A DNA stretch of 64,000 nucleotides from Myxococcota bacterium (GTDB lineage Bacteria; Myxococcota_A; UBA9042; PHBI01; JAWLBL01): NCBI GenBank assembly GCA_041687695.1, contig JAWLBL010000022.1:32001-96000 (forward strand), given 5' to 3'. This document shows, in pieces, positions 19,339-29,299 of the stretch. Both the position numbers and the translations under genes were made by a program. How positions within the stretch are numbered: the stretch's first letter is position 1; each line of letters begins with the position of its first letter. The notes under the pieces are model-generated. The model was not told the DNA's origin. It did no database searches and was given only the letters and a program-made list of their open reading frames with translations.

Positions 19339-20745
19339 TCAGACGGTCCTCGAGAAGGTCGGGCGGGCGGCGGGGCGCTCGCGCAGGTGACGGTCGAAGG
19401 CCATGGCGACCACCCGGACGAACAGCTTGCCGATGGGCGTGACCGTGAGGCCCTCGGGGGTGCGCGTGACCAGGCCGTCGGCCTCGAGGGGCGCGAGCTG
19501 GGCCAGCTCGGGGGCGAAGTCGCGCGCGAGGGACAGGCCGAAGCGGGCCACGAGGTCGGCCTCGCGGACCCGGAAGTTGCACATCAGCTCGGCGATGACG
19601 AAGCGGCGCGCCTCGTCGTCGGCCGACCGGACGAAGCCGCGCTCGACGGGCAGGCGGCCGGCGTCGATGGCCTTGTAGTAGTCCTTGAGATCCTTGGCGT
19701 TCTGGAAGAAGCCGCCGCCGACGTCGCCGATGCTGGTCAGGCCCAGGCCGACCGTCTCGAGCTCGCCGAACTCGCCGGCGACGGCGGCGGGCCGGACCGT
19801 GTAGCCCTGGAAGTTGCGGTACAGCGTGCCCTCGCGCTGGGCGATGGCGATCTCGTCGTCGGGCCGCGCGAAGTGGTCCATGCCGATGCCGACGTAGCCG
19901 GCCTCGAGGAAGGCCTCGCGCGAGTCGCGGAAGATGCCGAGCTTCTCGTCGCCCTGCGGCAGGGTCGCCGGGTCGATGGCCTCCTGCTGGCGGCGCAGCC
20001 AGGGGACGTGGGCGAAGCTGTAGAGGGCGACGCGGTCGGGCTGGAGGGCCAGCGTCTCACGGACCGTTTGCGCGAAGCCGCGTCGCGTCTGGTGGGGCAG
20101 CCCGTAGATGAGGTCGACGTTGACGCTGTCGAACTCGGCCTCGCGGGCGGCCTCGACCAGCGCGCGCACCATGGCGACCGGCTGGATGCGCCGGACGGCC
20201 TCCTGCACGCGCGGATCGAAGTCCTGGATGCCCATGGACAGGCGGGTGAACCCGAGGGCGCGCAGGGCGCGGACCTGCTCGGGCGTGCCGTGGCGGGGGT
20301 CTATCTCGATGGCCACCTCGGCGCCCGGCTCGAAGGTGAACCGGCGGCGCAGGGCGTCCATCAGCTGGGTGAGCTGGTCGATGCCGTAGTAGTTGGGCGT
20401 GCCGCCGCCGAGGTGCAGCTGGGCGAGCCGCGTGCGCTCGCCGAGGCGGTCGGCGACGAGATCGACCTCGCGCAGCAGGCGGCGCAGGTAGGCCTCGAGC
20501 TTGCCCGCGCTGCGCGTGATGATGACGTTGCAGCCGCAGTAGGTGCACAGGCTCTCGCAAAAGGGCATGTGGACGTACAGGCTGATGGGCGACGCGCGGC
20601 GGCTGGCGCGGTCGAGGGCGGCCTCGTAGTCGGCCGCGGCGACGGGGCCGAAGCGGTCCGCGGTCGGGTAGCTGGTGTACCGCGGGCCGGGGCGGTCGTG
20701 GCGCGCCACCAGGAGGGGGTTGGGTTCCAGGGATATCGCCGACAT
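19339..20745 (-). CDS. hemN: Oxygen-independent coproporphyrinogen III oxidase
   Basis: [27 protein letters not shown] (radical SAM), [26 protein letters not shown]. Confidence 0.96.
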   Translation of the reverse strand: MSAISLEPNPLLVARHDRPGPRYTSYPTADRFGPVAAADYEAALDRASRRASPISLYVHMPFCESLCTYCGCNVIITRSAGKLEAYLRRLLREVDLVADRLGERTRLAQLHLGGGTPNYYGIDQLTQLMDALRRRFTFEPGAEVAIEIDPRHGTPEQVRALRALGFTRLSMGIQDFDPRVQEAVRRIQPVAMVRALVEAAREAEFDSVNVDLIYGLPHQTRRGFAQTVRETLALQPDRVALYSFAHVPWLRRQQEAIDPATLPQGDEKLGIFRDSREAFLEAGYVGIGMDHFARPDDEIAIAQREGTLYRNFQGYTVRPAAVAGEFGELETVGLGLTSIGDVGGGFFQNAKDLKDYYKAIDAGRLPVERGFVRSADDEARRFVIAELMCNFRVREADLVARFGLSLARDFAPELAQLAPLEADGLVTRTPEGLTVTPIGKLFVRVVAMAFDRHLRERPAARPTFSRTV

Positions 20746-20881
20746 TCGGACCTCCGGGGGGCCCGAAGCAGCGGGGTGGCCCTCCCGAGCCGCAGCCTGG
20801 GCAAGAAGCGGGCCAAGGCGCGGAGGTCGGCCTGGATGGCGGCTTTGGCGCGATCGACGGCCGGAGAGGGACCGGGAGATG

Positions 20882-20906
20882 CGTCAAGGGTGTGCCATGT
20901 CGCACA
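20882..20906 (-). promoter_or_regulatory. Palindromic site TGTGC-N6-GCACA next to a TTGACG -35-like hexamer upstream of hemN-ccoSNOQP
   Basis: TGTGCCATGTCGCACA at 20891-20906; TTGACG (minus strand) at 20887-20882. Confidence 0.4.
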
Positions 20907-20943
20907 GGGCGTCGTGCGGGGTGACACCCGGGGTGGGGCGAGG

Positions 20944-21774
20944 TCAGCGGGGGCGGGCGCGGCGGGCGCGTTCGACGACGTAGAGCAGGCGGGCGGCGAA
21001 GAGGACGGCGTCGGTGTTGTCCTCGGCGACGGTGTCCGAGACCGAGGAGGAGCGCAGGTGGCGCGTGCGGTCGCGCAGGCGCTGCGTCGGCACGGGCGGG
21101 ACGCGACCGGCGGCGCGCTCGAGGGCGGCGTCGACGCGGGCGCCGGGGCAGGCGGCCTCGAGGCGGGCGAGCAGGGCGAGGTAGTTGGTCTGGGCGGAGA
21201 CGACGCGCGCGTCGCCGAGGCCTTCGTAGTCGAGGGCGTCGCGGGACAGGCGGACGCACAGGTCGGGCCCGACGGACCAGAGCAGCGCGAAGGCTTCGTC
21301 TTCCGTGGTGCGGTCGACCTCGCGCGTGGTCTTGGACTTGGACATCGGGACGCCCATGGCGAGGGCGCCCAGGCGGACCTTCTTGCGGGTGGTCTCGGTG
21401 GTGGTCTCGCTGGCGTGCAGGGCGCGGGCGCGGCAGATGAGGCCGACGCGGGCGAGCGGGACGGCGGTGGCGGCGCCGCGGCGGTCGAGGAGCTCGAGGT
21501 GATCGGGGGCGAAGCGGAAGGCGCGGGCGTCGAGGACCGGGGGGACGTGGTCGAGGACGGCGTCGTCGAAGGCCCAGGCTTCGAGGCCGGCCTGGGTGAG
21601 CGTGGCCGCGACGGCGTGGGCCTGGGCGGGGGTGTCGCGCCAGGCGGCGATGAAGGGCAGGCCGCGGAGCAGGACCTGGCGGTGCTCGTAGGCGCCGCCG
21701 CCGACGGTGTCGGCGAGGGCGGCCGACGCGGCGGCGGGATCGGCTTGGCCGGGGGCGACGAGGACGAAGTGCAC
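20944..21774 (-). CDS. Hypothetical protein
   Basis: 276-aa ORF, GTG start with GGAGG upstream, protein-like composition; no recognised motif. Confidence 0.65.
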   Translation of the reverse strand: MHFVLVAPGQADPAAASAALADTVGGGAYEHRQVLLRGLPFIAAWRDTPAQAHAVAATLTQAGLEAWAFDDAVLDHVPPVLDARAFRFAPDHLELLDRRGAATAVPLARVGLICRARALHASETTTETTRKKVRLGALAMGVPMSKSKTTREVDRTTEDEAFALLWSVGPDLCVRLSRDALDYEGLGDARVVSAQTNYLALLARLEAACPGARVDAALERAAGRVPPVPTQRLRDRTRHLRSSSVSDTVAEDNTDAVLFAARLLYVVERARRARPR

Positions 21775-21945
21775 GGCGGGGCCTCCGGCGCGAGCCTAAC
21801 ACGGGCAGAGGCGTTCGGCGGTTTCGTGCGGTGACGCCAGCCCGCTTTCGGCTCGCGAGCAGGCGTGCTAGCGTGCGGGATACCGATGAGGGGAGCGGGA
21901 AGCGTGCGGCCGGCGCCGGCCGGGCGGCGCCCGGAGGAGGGGGAG

Positions 21946-23076
21946 ATGTACGAGGCACAGGTCCGTAAGAGCCCGGTCACCGACGCCGCCGAGGCGGCCG
22001 CGCCCGCGGCGATGAAGGGTGGGGCGCGCGCGCAGCTCGCCGGCAAGTCCTACGCCGAACAGGCGGCGGCGCTCTCTCCGACGTCGCGGAACGCGCCGGC
22101 CGCGACGCCGGCGCCGCAGAACGCGCCGGTGCAGCTCAAGAAGAAGAAGAAAAAGAAGAAGAAGCAGCAGCAGCGCCGCCCGCAGACGAACCAGCGGCCG
22201 CAGCAGAACCAGGATCCGGTCAAGGCGACGACCCCGGTCGAGGAGCCGAAGCTCGAGGAGCCCAAGGTCGAGGAGCCGGTCGAGCTCGAGGACCCGGCCC
22301 TGCGCGAGAAGCACCGCGACGGCTCGGTCGAGTACCAGCGGTACACCGGAGACCTGTTCGTCAACGGCGTGTCGCCCGAGGACGTCATCCAGGGCTCGAT
22401 CGCCGACTGCTACCTCATCGCGGCGCTGTGCGCGGTCGCCAGCTCCAACCCCGATCTCATCACGAGCGGCGTCAAGCCGGCCGGCGTGGGCGCGTGGGAG
22501 GTGCGCTTCTTCGAGCGGCAGGCGAACCGGACCTTCAAGGAGGTCTGGATCAAGGTGGACGCCGATCTGCCGACGCTCAAGGGCCGCACCGCGCCGGCCT
22601 ACGCGCGGTCGGGCGACAAGAACGACAAGGGCCTCGAGCTGTGGCCCGCCGTCTTCGAGAAGGCCTACGCCGTCTGGAAGCAGGGCTACGACAAGATGGG
22701 CGAGGGCGGCTCGTCGAAGGGCGCGCTCGAGGCGCTGACCGGCAAGTCGGTCGACACGATGACCACCGAGTGGACGCCCGCCGACACGATCTGGGCCAAG
22801 CTCGAGAAGGCGTCCAAGGACGGCAAGCTCGGCAAGGCGGCCTCGGCCGGCACCCACGGCAAGGACCGGCAGGATCTGTACGAGGGCAAGCGCCTGTACG
22901 CCTGGCACGCCTACACCGTCATGGGCATCGAGTCGGCCGGCGGCGAGCGCTTCGTCATCCTGCGCAACCCGTGGGGCCAGTCGGAGCCCGGCGCGGACGG
23001 CAAGGACGACGGCATCTTCAAGCTGACGCTCGAAGAGTTCATGAAGTACTACCAGAACCTGAACCTCGAGCTCTGA
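21946..23076 (+). CDS. Calpain-like (peptidase C2) cysteine protease with low-complexity N-terminal extension
   Basis: QGSIADCYLIAAL (Cys), ELWPAVFEKAYA, HAYTV (His), LRNPWG (Asn); ATG 21946 after GGAGGAGG. Confidence 0.9.
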   Translation: MYEAQVRKSPVTDAAEAAAPAAMKGGARAQLAGKSYAEQAAALSPTSRNAPAATPAPQNAPVQLKKKKKKKKKQQQRRPQTNQRPQQNQDPVKATTPVEEPKLEEPKVEEPVELEDPALREKHRDGSVEYQRYTGDLFVNGVSPEDVIQGSIADCYLIAALCAVASSNPDLITSGVKPAGVGAWEVRFFERQANRTFKEVWIKVDADLPTLKGRTAPAYARSGDKNDKGLELWPAVFEKAYAVWKQGYDKMGEGGSSKGALEALTGKSVDTMTTEWTPADTIWAKLEKASKDGKLGKAASAGTHGKDRQDLYEGKRLYAWHAYTVMGIESAGGERFVILRNPWGQSEPGADGKDDGIFKLTLEEFMKYYQNLNLEL

Positions 23077-23110
23077 CGCCCCTCGCCGCGTGGGCCGACG
23101 ACGGCGGGCG

Positions 23111-24160
23111 CTACTCGAAGGCGCCTGCCGTCGCGGCGCGCGGGCGGGCGGCGCCGGCGAGGTCGGTCGCGACGCGGCCCGGACCCGGTGGCTCGGCGAG
23201 GCCGCGGGCCGGCGAGTCGGGCGCGGGCCGGTAGGGCTCGGGGGCGTCGGCGCCGACGAAGTCCGGGGCGCCGTGGCGGTTGGTCGGGTGGCGCGGGGCC
23301 GCGCCGGCGGGGCCGTCGAGCAGGCTGCGCACCACCTCGACGCGCGCCGCGGGGTGTTGGGTGGCCGCGTGGACCAGCGGGCCCCCGGCGTGGGACAGCA
23401 GGCTGTCCTTGACGACCAGCGTCGGGGCCCGCGTGGTCGTGCCCGTGACGCGGAAGAGGGCGTCGCCGCGGTTGTCGGCCAGGGTGGAGGCCACGACGCG
23501 CAGCTCGGCGCCGTCCGAGACGTTCACGACCGCGCCGGTGGCGGCGGCGTTGCCCGTGACGAGGCAGGTGTCCAGGGTCACGCGCGCGGTGCCGTCGGCG
23601 ATGATGGCCGCGCCTCCGCGCTCGGCCTCTCCGCCCGTGATGCGGCAGCGCTCGAAGCGCACCTCGCCGTCATCGGCGTACAGGCCCCCGCCGCCCGCGG
23701 CCCCGCCGCGACCGCCCTCGAGGACGCACCCGACCAGCGTCACGCGGGTCGGCCCTGCGACGCGCAACGCGCCGCCGGCCTCGCCGTCGACCCCGCCCCG
23801 CAGCGCCAGCCCTTCGAGCCGCACGTCGGCGTCGGCCGTCAGCATCACCGTCGGCCCGCGCCCGCCCGCGTCGAGGACCACGGGGCCGCCCGGCAGCGCC
23901 CTGAGCGTCGCCGATCGCGGCACCTGGATGGGCGCCCGATACTCGCCGGGCTCGAAGCACAGCACCCCCGCTTCGGGCAGGCCCAAAATGGCCGCGCGCA
24001 GGTCGTCGCCGGGGCCGATGGTTCGCGTGCACTCGCTCATCGCCGCTCCCTTGCCGTCCGGTGGCGTCGCGGCCGCCCTGGGCGTCGGCGTCCCGCCGAT
24101 CACCGCCCACCCCAACAGCGCCCCCCCGAGGAGGACACCACGCCGCGTCGCTCCGCGCAT
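23111..24160 (-). CDS. Right-handed beta-helix (pectin lyase-like) repeat protein, possible Tat substrate
   Basis: GGAL/GGGLY/GGAA and GN.A repeats; N-terminal TRRGVLLG; alternative start at 24040. Confidence 0.7.
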   Translation of the reverse strand: MRGATRRGVLLGGALLGWAVIGGTPTPRAAATPPDGKGAAMSECTRTIGPGDDLRAAILGLPEAGVLCFEPGEYRAPIQVPRSATLRALPGGPVVLDAGGRGPTVMLTADADVRLEGLALRGGVDGEAGGALRVAGPTRVTLVGCVLEGGRGGAAGGGGLYADDGEVRFERCRITGGEAERGGAAIIADGTARVTLDTCLVTGNAAATGAVVNVSDGAELRVVASTLADNRGDALFRVTGTTTRAPTLVVKDSLLSHAGGPLVHAATQHPAARVEVVRSLLDGPAGAAPRHPTNRHGAPDFVGADAPEPYRPAPDSPARGLAEPPGPGRVATDLAGAARPRAATAGAFE

Positions 24161-24251
24161 CCATCCACCGCTGTACCGCCGCCCCTCGAGGCCGTCAAGC
24201 GGACGCGGCGACGGCGAGGAACGCGCGCGGGACCGACGCGGTTGAAAAGAC

Positions 24252-24578
24252 ATGCAACACACCACCGACACCGACCCCGAGCTGGCGGAGCTCGAGCGGC
24301 GCCTGGAGCGCCGCGCGGCCGCCTTCCAGACCTTCCTGCGCGTGCGTGCGGTCGTCGGGCTCGTGCTGATGGTCGCCGGCGCGGCGGGGCTGACGCTCTC
24401 GCTGATGGCCGTCGGCTTTCTGGCCTTCGACGTGAGCCTGCCCGGCGTGAGCGACGCGGTCGCCGCCCTGGGCGCCGTCGCGGCCGTGGTCCTGCCCGCG
24501 CTCGGAGGCCTGGTCGCCTGGCGACTGGGTCGGTTCTATTGGCGGGGCCGCAACGCCTCGCTCACCGACGAGCCCTGA
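24252..24578 (+). CDS. Small hypothetical membrane protein (2 TM)
   Basis: Two hydrophobic stretches after a charged N-terminus. Confidence 0.6.
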   Translation: MQHTTDTDPELAELERRLERRAAAFQTFLRVRAVVGLVLMVAGAAGLTLSLMAVGFLAFDVSLPGVSDAVAALGAVAAVVLPALGGLVAWRLGRFYWRGRNASLTDEP

Positions 24579-24626
24579 GCGCGCCCTAGCGCTTCGTCGT
24601 CACGCACTGACCGGAGAGACAGAGCG

Positions 24627-25067
24627 ATGCACGTCCCCAACTCCGTCACCACCGCTGGCCTGACCGTGCTGCGCGTCGGCGCCGGCCTCTTGTTCATGCA
24701 GCACGGCGCCCAGAAGCTGTTCGGCTGGCTGGGCGGCGACCAGGTCGACGCCATCGTGTCGTTGATGGGCCTGGCCGGGATCCTGGAGTTCTTCGGCGGG
24801 ATGCTGATCGTCGTCGGCCTGCTGACGCGGCCCGTGGGCCTGGTGCTGGCCGCCGAGATGGTGGTGGCCTACTTCATGGCTCACGCGCCGCAGGGACCCT
24901 GGCCCATCAACAATGGCGGCGAGAAGGTGTTGCTCTTCGCCCTCATCTTCCTGTTCTTGGCGACTCGCGGAGCTGGCGCCGTCAGCGTCGACGCGCTGTT
25001 CCGGCGCCGCCATCGCCCCGGCGAGGCGACCAGGACGAGGGCCTGGCGGCCCATCGAAGAGACCTGA
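24627..25067 (+). CDS. DoxX family protein
   Basis: LRVGAGLLFMQHGAQKLFG, EFFGG, GLLTRP, MVVAYF..H, NGGE, GAG..SVD. Confidence 0.9.
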   Translation: MHVPNSVTTAGLTVLRVGAGLLFMQHGAQKLFGWLGGDQVDAIVSLMGLAGILEFFGGMLIVVGLLTRPVGLVLAAEMVVAYFMAHAPQGPWPINNGGEKVLLFALIFLFLATRGAGAVSVDALFRRRHRPGEATRTRAWRPIEET

Positions 25068-25119
25068 CGCAGCGCGGGAGCCCACGGCGCGTGACGCGTC
25101 GCGGGCCCCGGCGCGCGTG

Positions 25120-28100
25120 TCAGCGGGACCGGAGGAACGTGAAGGTCACCAGCTTGTCGATCTCGCCCTCGATGAGGCTGGTCGACACGACGCTGGCGTT
25201 GCCGTCGGTCGGCTGCCAACCGTTCGGGTCCCAGTAGCCGTACACCTCGAGCGTGTCACTGGTCGAGACGGACACGGAGGGGGGCACCGAGATCTGGATC
25301 GGCGCCGCGGCGGGGACGCCGCTGCCCAGGCCGGAGAAGTTGACGTCGTAGATGACGCGGGTCTTGCGGTCGATCGGGCCCGTGGCCGTGCCGCGGGTGA
25401 TGGTCGTCGTGAACGTGCTGTCGAAGGTCTCGGCGCGCACCTCGATCTGGAGGCCGTCGACGAAGTTCAGCGTCGTGGCGCCCGGGCCGAAGGTCGCCAG
25501 GTACGGGTAGCTCAGGTTGCTCAAGGTGCACTCGCGGGTCAGGGTGTCGGTCGACATGATGGAGCCGCCTCGGCCACGTAGGCCGCCGAGCGCCTCCGAG
25601 GCTGCGCGCGCAGCGTCTACTGCGTCGCGGTCGAGGAGGCGCGGGAATGAAGGGAGTTGTTCCGTCGGTGAGGTCGCCGCGGGCGAGAGCGCCCGAGCCG
25701 CGTCATGGTTGCCTATCTTCTCGAAGATCACAACCGCCGCCGCGGCGTGTCGGGCCGCCCGCGTCTCGTCGCCCCGGGCCCGCAGCGCCGTCGACAAGGC
25801 TGCATGGCACTGCGCCAGGCGATCGTTGACCACGCCGAGGTCGAGCGCGATCTCGAGCGCCCGGCGCAGCAGCTGCTCCCCCCCGGCCGCGTCTCCGGCC
25901 GCGGTGGCGGCCTCGCCCTGCGTCACCAGGGCCGAGCACATGTCCTCGACGCTGCCGAGCTCCTCGGCCAGCCTCGACGCGAACGCAGCCGACTCCAGCG
26001 CTTCGTCGTGCCGGCCCATCTTGGCCGCGACGTCGGCCATGTTCATCATCGCGCGCTGCAGGCCGCGCCGATCGGCGACGCGCTCGAAGACCGCGACGGA
26101 CCGGCGCGCAAAGGCCTCGGCCTCTTCGGGACGCCCACGCCGCAACTCGAGCGCGCTCCCCAGCCGCAGCGCGTGACCCAGCCCGCGCCGGTGGCCCGCG
26201 GCCTCGAGCACGGTGATGCACTCGCCGAGGTGCTTCGCCGACGCTTGGAAGGATCCCGAGGTGAGGAGCCAGGCGGCCCTCTGGTACAGGCACCGGCCCA
26301 ACGCGACCGGGTCTCCGAGCCGCCGACGGATGCGCTCCTCGGCCTCGAGCAGCTCGATGCTGGCCGCATGCTCGGTGCGCCAGAACATCAGCTGGGCCAG
26401 GCCGCCGAGCGCGTCCGCCTCGAGGGCGCCGTCGTCATGGGCGCGCGCCAGCTCGAGCGCGCCCCGGAAGAGGGCCTCGGCGTCGTCGTAGCGCCCGCGC
26501 TTGAAGTGGATGTGCCCCGCCTTGGTGCGCACGTGACCGGCCTTGGCGGCGTTGTCGATCGCGCTCCACCCCAGCGCCGCCCGGGCGTAGGCGTCGGCCG
26601 CCGCGGCGTCGTCGCCACGCGCGTCCGCCACGTCACCGCGCAGCTCGAGCGAGCACGGATCGTCCGGCACCCGGCCCAGCGCGTCGATGGCCTCGTCCAG
26701 ACGCCCGGCCGGCAGCAGCGCGCTCGCGAGCCCGCACCAGATGGTGCGCCGCAGCGGGTCGGGCGCGTCCGTCCGATCCAGCAGCGCCGCCGCCCGCTGC
26801 CACAGCTCGATCGCCTCGGCCGCCTCGTGCCTTCGCGCCGCCAGCCCGGCGGCTCGGGCGAGGTGCGGGAGGGCGCGCGCAGGGACCCCCGCGGCTTGCC
26901 AGTGTCGGCCGATCGCCTCGGCGTGCGCGTCCAGCGCGTCACCGTAGAAGGCCTCGAGCGCCTCGGCCGCCCAGCGGTGCAGCGACGGCCCGTCGGGGGC
27001 CGCGGCCGCGTGGGCCAGCAGCACCTCCTGGACGAACCCGTGCTCGAACTGCACGACGTCCTCGTCCCAGTTCTCGAGGTCGCGCAGCCAACCGCCGTCG
27101 ACCAGGCGATCGAGGCGCGCGTCGAGGGTGTCGGCCAGGGCGTGGGCGCCCTCGAGGGTCAGCATCCGGGTCAAGAGATCCACCGGGATGCGCACCCCCA
27201 ACAGCGCCGCGCGCAGGATCACCTGAAACGCGGCGTCGCCGTCGCGCTCGGCCTTGAGCCGCTCGAGGCGTCGGCCCATCAGGGCCGTCAGGGGCTCGGG
27301 CAGCGCGCCCCGGTGGGTCAGGCGCCACGAGCCGGCCGCCCGCTCGATGGCCCCCTCGGCCGCCATGTGCCGCACGAGCTGCAGCATGTGGAGCGGGTTC
27401 CCTCCGGCGCGTTGCAGGACGTAGCGGACGGCGGCGTCGTCCACCCCCGGCAACGCCGCGCGGACGAGGGCCGCGCTGTCCTCGGGCGTCATCTCGGTGA
27501 CACGGACGACCTGCTGACGCGCGGCCAGGATGTTCGCGAGCCGGGCCGACAGCCCGACGCCGTCGACCGGGCCCCGGGCCCCGTGGGGCTCACGCGGCCC
27601 GGGGCCCAGCGTCTGGGCGCTCGTGCGCACGACCAGGCACAGCATCACGGGCCATGGCGTGTCGGCCAGCGCCCAGGCCAGGTGCTCGACGAGCGTAGGA
27701 TCCGCCAGGGCCTCCTCGCGGAGGTCATCGACGATCGCGAGGGTCGGCCCCGAGCCCATCGCGGCCATCAGCGCGCGCGCCTGCGCGTCGTAGACCAGGG
27801 CCCTGCGTTCGGCCTCGGACAGGCCCGCCCCGAGCGCGGCGGCCTCGCTGGGCGAGGGGCGGTCGTTGGTGCGGGCGCGGCCGCCGGACAGGGCCTGGAC
27901 CACGTCGCGCAGGGCGACCAGGAGGCCGGCGTTGCCCGCGGGGGCCAAGGTCACTGCGACGCGCGCCATGTTCCGGCGGGCCTGGTTGACGAGCCACTCG
28001 ACCAGCTTGGTCTTGCCGACGCCGCCCGAACCTTCGAGGACCAGCAGCGCGCCGCCGGCGCCGCTCAGGGCCTGCTCGGTGAAGCGGCCGAGCGCTTCGC

Positions 28101-29214
28101 GCAGCTTGGGGCGGCCGACGAGGGGCGGCCGGAAGAGGGCGGCCTTGGCGACCTGGGTGTCGAGATGCGGCTCGATGGGCGGCTGGGGCGCGAGGGGGCC
28201 GGCCGGCGACTCGAGGATCGGGGCCTCTGGGGTGCCGTGGGCCCAGGCGGCGAGGCGAGTGGCCACCTGGCCTGCGGTGGGCGGGCGCTTGGCGGGGTCC
28301 TTGGCCAGCAGCTCGAGGCACAGGGCCTCGAGGTCGGGGGGGATGGCGCCGGCTGGCTGAAAGTGGCTCGGCGGCGGCGGCGGGCGATGGAGGTGCTCGA
28401 CGAGGATGCCCAGCGGGGTGTCGGCGCGGAAGGGCGGTCGGCCCGTCAGCAGCTCGTAGAGGATGACCCCCAGCGCGTAGAGGTCGGAGCGGGCGTCGGC
28501 CGGGGCGCCCTGCACCTGCTCGGGGCTCATGTAGCCGGGCGTGCCGAGGACGGCGCCGGTCTGCGTCACGCTGTCGGAGGCGTGGGCCTCGAGCGGCTTG
28601 GCCAGCCCGAAGTCCACGACCTTGGTGCGCTCGTAGCCGGCGTCGTCGCGGATGACGAGGATGTTCGCCGGCTTGAGATCGCGGTGGACGATGCCGCTGG
28701 CGTGGGCGGCGGACAGGGCGTCGGCGACCTGCGCGGCGAGGTGGGCGGCGCGGGCGGGGGCGAGCGGCGCCTCGTGATCGATGACGCGGGTGAGCGGGTC
28801 GCCGTGGAGGATCTCCATGGCGATGTAGAGGGTGCCGTTCTGGGTCTGGCCCGAGTCGAGGATGGTCACGACGCCTGGGTGCGAGACGGCGGCGGCGGTG
28901 CGGGCCTCGCGAAGGAAGCGCTTGAGCTCGGCCGGATCGCGGGTGGCCGAGGGGGCGATGAACTTGAGGGCGACCGGGCGCTCGAGCGAGCGCTGGCGGG
29001 CGGCGAAGACCACGCCCATGCCGCCCTGGCCCAGAGGGCGCTCGAGGATGTAGCGGCCGTCCACCGTGTCGCCGGGGGCCAGGCCGCGCGGCAGCCGGAA
29101 CAGGGGGGCGTCGTCCTGCGGACACCGGGCGCTGACCCGCGGATCGGCGGGCGGGGTGACGTCGCGAACCTCTCGCTCGCAGGTCGGGCAGTACAGGACG
29201 GCGGCTTCGTTCAA
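25120..29214 (-). CDS. Ser/Thr protein kinase + AAA/STAND-like ATPase + TPR repeats + C-terminal beta-rich domain
   Basis: [37 protein letters not shown]; Walker [20 protein letters not shown]; helical repeats. Confidence 0.9.
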   Translation of the reverse strand: MNEAAVLYCPTCEREVRDVTPPADPRVSARCPQDDAPLFRLPRGLAPGDTVDGRYILERPLGQGGMGVVFAARQRSLERPVALKFIAPSATRDPAELKRFLREARTAAAVSHPGVVTILDSGQTQNGTLYIAMEILHGDPLTRVIDHEAPLAPARAAHLAAQVADALSAAHASGIVHRDLKPANILVIRDDAGYERTKVVDFGLAKPLEAHASDSVTQTGAVLGTPGYMSPEQVQGAPADARSDLYALGVILYELLTGRPPFRADTPLGILVEHLHRPPPPPSHFQPAGAIPPDLEALCLELLAKDPAKRPPTAGQVATRLAAWAHGTPEAPILESPAGPLAPQPPIEPHLDTQVAKAALFRPPLVGRPKLREALGRFTEQALSGAGGALLVLEGSGGVGKTKLVEWLVNQARRNMARVAVTLAPAGNAGLLVALRDVVQALSGGRARTNDRPSPSEAAALGAGLSEAERRALVYDAQARALMAAMGSGPTLAIVDDLREEALADPTLVEHLAWALADTPWPVMLCLVVRTSAQTLGPGPREPHGARGPVDGVGLSARLANILAARQQVVRVTEMTPEDSAALVRAALPGVDDAAVRYVLQRAGGNPLHMLQLVRHMAAEGAIERAAGSWRLTHRGALPEPLTALMGRRLERLKAERDGDAAFQVILRAALLGVRIPVDLLTRMLTLEGAHALADTLDARLDRLVDGGWLRDLENWDEDVVQFEHGFVQEVLLAHAAAAPDGPSLHRWAAEALEAFYGDALDAHAEAIGRHWQAAGVPARALPHLARAAGLAARRHEAAEAIELWQRAAALLDRTDAPDPLRRTIWCGLASALLPAGRLDEAIDALGRVPDDPCSLELRGDVADARGDDAAAADAYARAALGWSAIDNAAKAGHVRTKAGHIHFKRGRYDDAEALFRGALELARAHDDGALEADALGGLAQLMFWRTEHAASIELLEAEERIRRRLGDPVALGRCLYQRAAWLLTSGSFQASAKHLGECITVLEAAGHRRGLGHALRLGSALELRRGRPEEAEAFARRSVAVFERVADRRGLQRAMMNMADVAAKMGRHDEALESAAFASRLAEELGSVEDMCSALVTQGEAATAAGDAAGGEQLLRRALEIALDLGVVNDRLAQCHAALSTALRARGDETRAARHAAAAVVIFEKIGNHDAARALSPAATSPTEQLPSFPRLLDRDAVDAARAASEALGGLRGRGGSIMSTDTLTRECTLSNLSYPYLATFGPGATTLNFVDGLQIEVRAETFDSTFTTTITRGTATGPIDRKTRVIYDVNFSGLGSGVPAAAPIQISVPPSVSVSTSDTLEVYGYWDPNGWQPTDGNASVVSTSLIEGEIDKLVTFTFLRSR

Positions 29215-29299
29215 CGGCGGCGCCTCGGCGGTTCGGGCGCGAATGTGCCCGAAGGCGGCCCCGGTGGCAACCGCCGCCCGGGGCCGGGCCCCGCTCTCG

